Shown here piece by piece: positions 33,186 through 37,860 of a stretch of DNA of 37,860 bases; position 1 is the stretch's first letter; every line of letters begins with the position of its first letter. The notes beneath the pieces are model-generated. The model was not told where the DNA came from and ran no database searches. It saw only the letters and a program-made list of their open reading frames with translations. The position numbers were made by a program, and so were the translations under genes. Source of the stretch: Coniocarpon cinnabarinum (lineage: Eukaryota). The stretch lies in NCBI GenBank assembly GCA_051942205.1, contig JAVECO010000207.1, forward strand, positions 1 to 37,860. Direction: 5' to 3'.

Positions 33186-33367
33186 GAATGATCATCGTGG
33201 TTATGATGTTGCAAAATCGGCCAAGTAGGGCGCAGCACATCCTTACGAACCGATGTTTACGGTCAATTTCTGTGAGGCCAAAGCTGCTGAACGTGCCGCT
33301 CCTCTGTCCATTGCTTGAAGCGCTGTTCATCTGTACATCGCGAGCCCCAATTACATGACATTTTGGC

Positions 33368-34318
33368 TTACGCTCCTAGGATGCGAGGTTCGCCTGTGCC
33401 GTCATAGACACCCAGTCGCTGTTCCTCACTCAATCGCTCTGCGTTGGCGTCATGCCACCACTTGTTGGCTGCGTCTGCGTCCTTTGGCAGCTCGTTCCAC
33501 GGCTTAGGGCCGAGGATAAAGTGTACATTTTTCACCACGTCGTCGCGCCAAATATTTTCGTGAACTCCTTTCCGCCGCATTGGTTTCAGTGCATTGTACA
33601 CATATGGCAGCGGGACCCAGCGACCCCGATACACGTCGGCGAGCAAGTCCTGGTCGGGAAATATGTACCGTGACACCTCGTCTTTCTGCAGCTGCTCTTG
33701 TATCTGCTCCAGCGCTTCCACGCAGGGGCGAATGACGACGAGACCGGAATTAAGTAGGCCCAGGCTGTCGGTATTGAGGCCACCCTCCAGTTGCGCGCGG
33801 TCCGGCTCGCCATGTTGCTTGTAAAAGGCGCAATTTGTGGGGATCCAATCAGGTGGGTAATGCAATTTTTTGAGCGGGTTACACACACACGCATGGCACG
33901 CGGCGAGTGCTCTTTTACCGCGACCCTTCATGTCCGGTCCATCCAGCGGCAAGTCCATCAGCTCGTCCATGTTCCTCCTCACCAGCATGTCGCTATCTAG
34001 GAGTACGACACGGTCGAACTCAACGAGCTCGTAGATGGACAGCTTGGTCCATACATCAGCAAAACGGGGATCATCGCCATAAGATCGGGAAATACGAGGA
34101 GACAACGCCTGCACGCGGCGCTTGGGAATTGCACGTCGATCGAGGACGCGGTGCGCATCAAGAGAAAGGGCGTCAGTATACAGAGCGACCAGAGGGTAGC
34201 GAGTCCCGGTGCGCAAGAGCGAGTGGTTTAGCACAAGGAGTCCAGGCAGGTAGTCAGTGTTGGTAATGAGCGTAACCCATGCCTTGCGCAACGGGGGAGC
34301 TTCATGGGCGCTGGCCAT
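33368..34318 (-). CDS. Glycosyltransferase family 8 protein (glycogenin/galactinol-synthase-like)
   Basis: AWVTLITNTDYLPGLLVL, WTKL, LDSDM (DxD), ACHACVCNP, LNSG, FPDQDLL, YNALK and HFILGPKPW. First ATG at 34318. Confidence 0.9.
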   Translation of the reverse strand: MASAHEAPPLRKAWVTLITNTDYLPGLLVLNHSLLRTGTRYPLVALYTDALSLDAHRVLDRRAIPKRRVQALSPRISRSYGDDPRFADVWTKLSIYELVEFDRVVLLDSDMLVRRNMDELMDLPLDGPDMKGRGKRALAACHACVCNPLKKLHYPPDWIPTNCAFYKQHGEPDRAQLEGGLNTDSLGLLNSGLVVIRPCVEALEQIQEQLQKDEVSRYIFPDQDLLADVYRGRWVPLPYVYNALKPMRRKGVHENIWRDDVVKNVHFILGPKPWNELPKDADAANKWWHDANAERLSEEQRLGVYDGTGEPRILGA

Positions 34319-34689
34319 GCAGCAGCTGGCAACCGAGGTCGAAGGAAGTTGTAAGGTAGGCCTGAGGCTCGACAAAGGGGGCAACAACGTGTGTTGCTTG
34401 ACGGGCAGGTCGCCAGTTACGGAGCAGGGCTCTTCGGGCTGCGATGAAGGTGGTCATTGTGGTGGGCTGTCGGAGAGAGACATGACGATCGAGACGGGCC
34501 CGACGACAAAGATGCGGACAGGGATGAAAAATGCTCTACCGCATAATGAAAAGCTTGCGGCGTCCGCTGCCGCTGTACTCCAGTCGCGCGAACACAATCA
34601 TGACGTTTCCTACCACGGCAAGGGTAAGGGCGAAAAGTCTTTGCCGCGGAGTACCTCTGTCCCCACCAAAATTGTATAGGGAGCAAGGT

Positions 34690-37600
34690 ATTATATAGCA
34701 ATATCTCTATTATTTATAATTATTATTATAATAAAGCTAAAAAAAAACGTCTATATAGGTAATTAAGGTCTATTATAACTACTAGTTATAATGCTTTTCT
34801 TCTTTATTTATTATCTGCTTATATTAGATAGGCAGAGTATTAATTAGAGCATCTATCTTAGTTATATTCTTATATAGCTTATTTTACTCTATTTTAATAG
34901 ATTGCTTAATGTTACGCGGGGTTGGAATGATCCCTCTATGGCTTTCTATTACAATACGGTTAGGAAGAGAGCTAGAGGTTCTAAAGCTAAAGGACTTACT
35001 CTTAAGTCTTATTTAGATTAAGAATAAGGGATTTTAGTAAAGTATAAAGCTTATAACTTATTAATTATAAAGTAGATTATATTTAAACTATAAGTTAGTA
35101 AACTAAAGACTATCTATAAGAGAGGGTTATTAGTTTAGCTATATAGACTAAGGTATATATAGATATACTTTATAAATCTTAGATCTCTTTAAAGCCGCTA
35201 AAGCCGCTTATAGGCTTTTAAGGCTTTTAAGGCTTTAATTCTTTATAAAGCTGTTGCTTAGGTATATAGGCTTTTATAGGAATCTTATTAGCTAGTTAAC
35301 TATTATAGATTAGACTTACTTTTAGCCTTTTTTATGCTAGTATAAGGCTAAGTTATAATATAATCCCCTCTTTTCTAGTTAAGTTGTTTTTGCTTAATAT
35401 TAGATCTTTAAAACTAATCTAATTTTTATATAAGTTTATACCTTTTCTTTTTTTCTATAGGTTATTATAGGCTATTTAAAGAAGGTTACTGCTAGTTCTA
35501 ATATAGGCGCTGCTAGATTAATACTTATATTAATTAATAGCTAAGAAATACCTCTATATAGTAAGTGTATTTCTATAAATAAGAAGTACCTTATTTAAGC
35601 TAGAGAAATAACGTGCTTATTATATACTCTATAATACTATTCCTATAATTTTTAGATCTTATTATTAGATAGTATATTGCTATATCTAGATTACTAGCTT
35701 TTTACTAATCTACTCTTAGCCCGCTTAATCTAATTTTAATATAAAAAAATCTTTAATGCTCTTTAGCGTATAAGAAAGTATATAGAAAAGGTGTAAAAAT
35801 CTATAAAAGAAGCGAAGTAGGTAGAATTAGAGGTGTATGCTAAGTATATATATACTAAATTTAAGGCAATAAAGCTAGAAAAAAAGCTTAAGAAGCTTTA
35901 ATCTAGTGCTAGTAAAAAGTTAGACTAAGAGAATTTGCTAGAGTAGAATTCTTAAGTAGTCTTTAACTAGATTTTTCTAAAAATCTATATTCTATACTTA
36001 GTAGTAGTCTAGTATTTTAGTAGAGTAGCAAGTTTGCTATAGATATTTCTAATAAGGGGTTTAGAGAATATAAGTTAGGTAGTTAATATATTATATATAT
36101 TAAAGTTCTTAGTATTGCTAATTCTATTTGTTACTATTAACTAAGTTAGTTAATACTAATAAATAGGCTTAATAGTATACTATAGTTAGTAATAACGTAG
36201 AATAAGTTAATTTAATTTATTATGTTTATAGGTTTAATTCTTATAGGTAGAAGTAGTTTAGTTTAGATTATAAAGCTCCTTAGTTTTATAATCTAAGTCT
36301 AACTTTTTGTTTTTCTATAAACTATTAAAGTTTGTTAGTATAGTTTATAAGGTTCTATTCTAGTTTCTAAGTATCTTTAGAGTTTTTATAGCCTTTCTAT
36401 TTAACTAGATATTATATTTACTTTTATTATACTTAGCTAGATAGTATTGCTTTAACCTTATATTCTAGTTCTTAGTTGTCTTTATTAATAACTAGGTTTA
36501 GTTATTTAGATTTATTGCTGTAAGCTAGTTTAAGAAGTATAATATAGAATACTAGGTATATTTTTATTTATAGTAGTAATTTAAGTTTAAAATTAACTAC
36601 TTTAATTTATTTAAGAATCTTAAATAGCCTAGTTTTTATGTAGTCTAGTTTTTTACTTAGTCTCTAAATCTTAATATTTTTTATAAGTAGGTATACTTTA
36701 CCTTCTTCTTTAAGATCTAATAGTATTAGGGTAAATTTTATAAATTTAGAAGTTCTAGATTATAGAAATTAAATATTATCTTATAGCTAGTACTAGATCT
36801 ATTTTGTTTTATCTATAAATTATATTGCCTCTTAATTTTTTGTTATATATAGGATTATTCTTCTAAATAGTGGTTAGAATCTATATAGTAATTTAAATAG
36901 TAAGAACTAAGTTATTTTATTTTTTAAAGTATTATATACTAATATTATAATAGGTAGAAGATCTATCTAGTTATTTTAGTTATAGTTTATAAATATTTAT
37001 AAATATTATTCTAGTGTTTAGTTAGTTTGTTTAGTCTGTCTATCTGTTTAAGAATAGTATACTGTTAATATTTAGTAAGTAATACCTAGTAATCTTGTTA
37101 TACCTTACTAAAATTTAGAAATAAATTTCTAATCTCTATTAAAAATAATTTTTTCTAGTATTCTATAGATAGTCTAAATATAAGTAATAATTCTTTTAAC
37201 TATTTGTTCTATAGTTAAATCTTTATATATAGGCAAGAAATATATAAATTTAGTAAATTTATTTATAATAATATAGATAGTATTGTATTTTTCTTAACCT
37301 ATAAAATTTAATTTTAGTAACTTAGTAATAAAGTTTAGCGTTACTATATACTAGGGCTTAAGTAGTATTTCTATATGTTAGGGTTCTCTATATAGTAAAT
37401 ACTATAAATTCTTTATTCTTATGTAGATATTATATTTTTAAATATAGTTGTTAACTTATTGTCTTATTCTTAGAAAGTAATATATTCTTATAATTTGTTT
37501 AAGTGTATGCTTAATACTAGGGTAACTATAGGTTAGTAAATTGTAGAAATTAGAGATAACCTAGGTTATTAGTTTCCTAGGAATATAAATTCTACTCTAA

Positions 37601-37860
37601 AACTTATAATATCTATAATCTATTTTAACTAATAATATATTCTAATTTTTAACTATATTTTTAATTTAATAAATTTCTAAATTATTTAGAGTTTCTTGCT
37701 TAATTGCTTAAAGTATATAATCTAGTTTAATAGTACTTGCTTTAAGCTCTATAAGTTTATATTACCTATAATATATTATATTTCCTTATTTTTTAAATAT
37801 AGCGTAATTTAGTTTTTATTTATCTTTTATGTAGTTTAGCCTTCTACTAAGAGTATCTAC
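34690..37860. mobile_element. Heavily RIP-mutated repeat / transposon relic (family not identifiable), runs off the window
   Basis: Abrupt switch to very AT-rich DNA with TpA excess and near absence of CpA/TpG. No ORF of 60 aa or more in any frame. Confidence 0.85.

Noticed and set aside
1..37860. CRISPR array, prokaryotic operon or secondary-metabolite cluster
   Set aside because: No repeat-spacer pattern, genes are intron-containing eukaryotic housekeeping genes, and there is no PKS, NRPS or terpene synthase.

Overview
Gene-dense window from a filamentous ascomycete (Pezizomycotina-type GT..CTRAY..AG introns, RIP-mutated repeats). It carries housekeeping genes: a 5'-truncated WD40 protein (TBL1/Sif2-like), ATG13, an HbrB/Bit61-like protein, V-ATPase subunit c, mitochondrial L16, RFC1, mannose-6-phosphate isomerase, SGF29, ARF6, dynactin p25, a coiled-coil protein, a DUF2236/MpaB-like oxygenase, a 10-intron GAF-domain fRMsr and a GT8 glycosyltransferase. 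There is also a ~330-bp element with 37-bp inverted repeats and a terminal 3.2-kb RIP-degraded repeat block. The standout is a tRNA-Glu(TTC) gene at 8432-8582 with two interruptions: a canonical 19-nt anticodon-loop intron, and a 60-nt insert in the TpsiC loop with all the signals of a spliceosomal (mRNA-type) intron (GTTCGT ... GCTGAT ... TAG). Exact removal of the insert restores a complete cloverleaf. All gene models were built by eye and no database searches were run.
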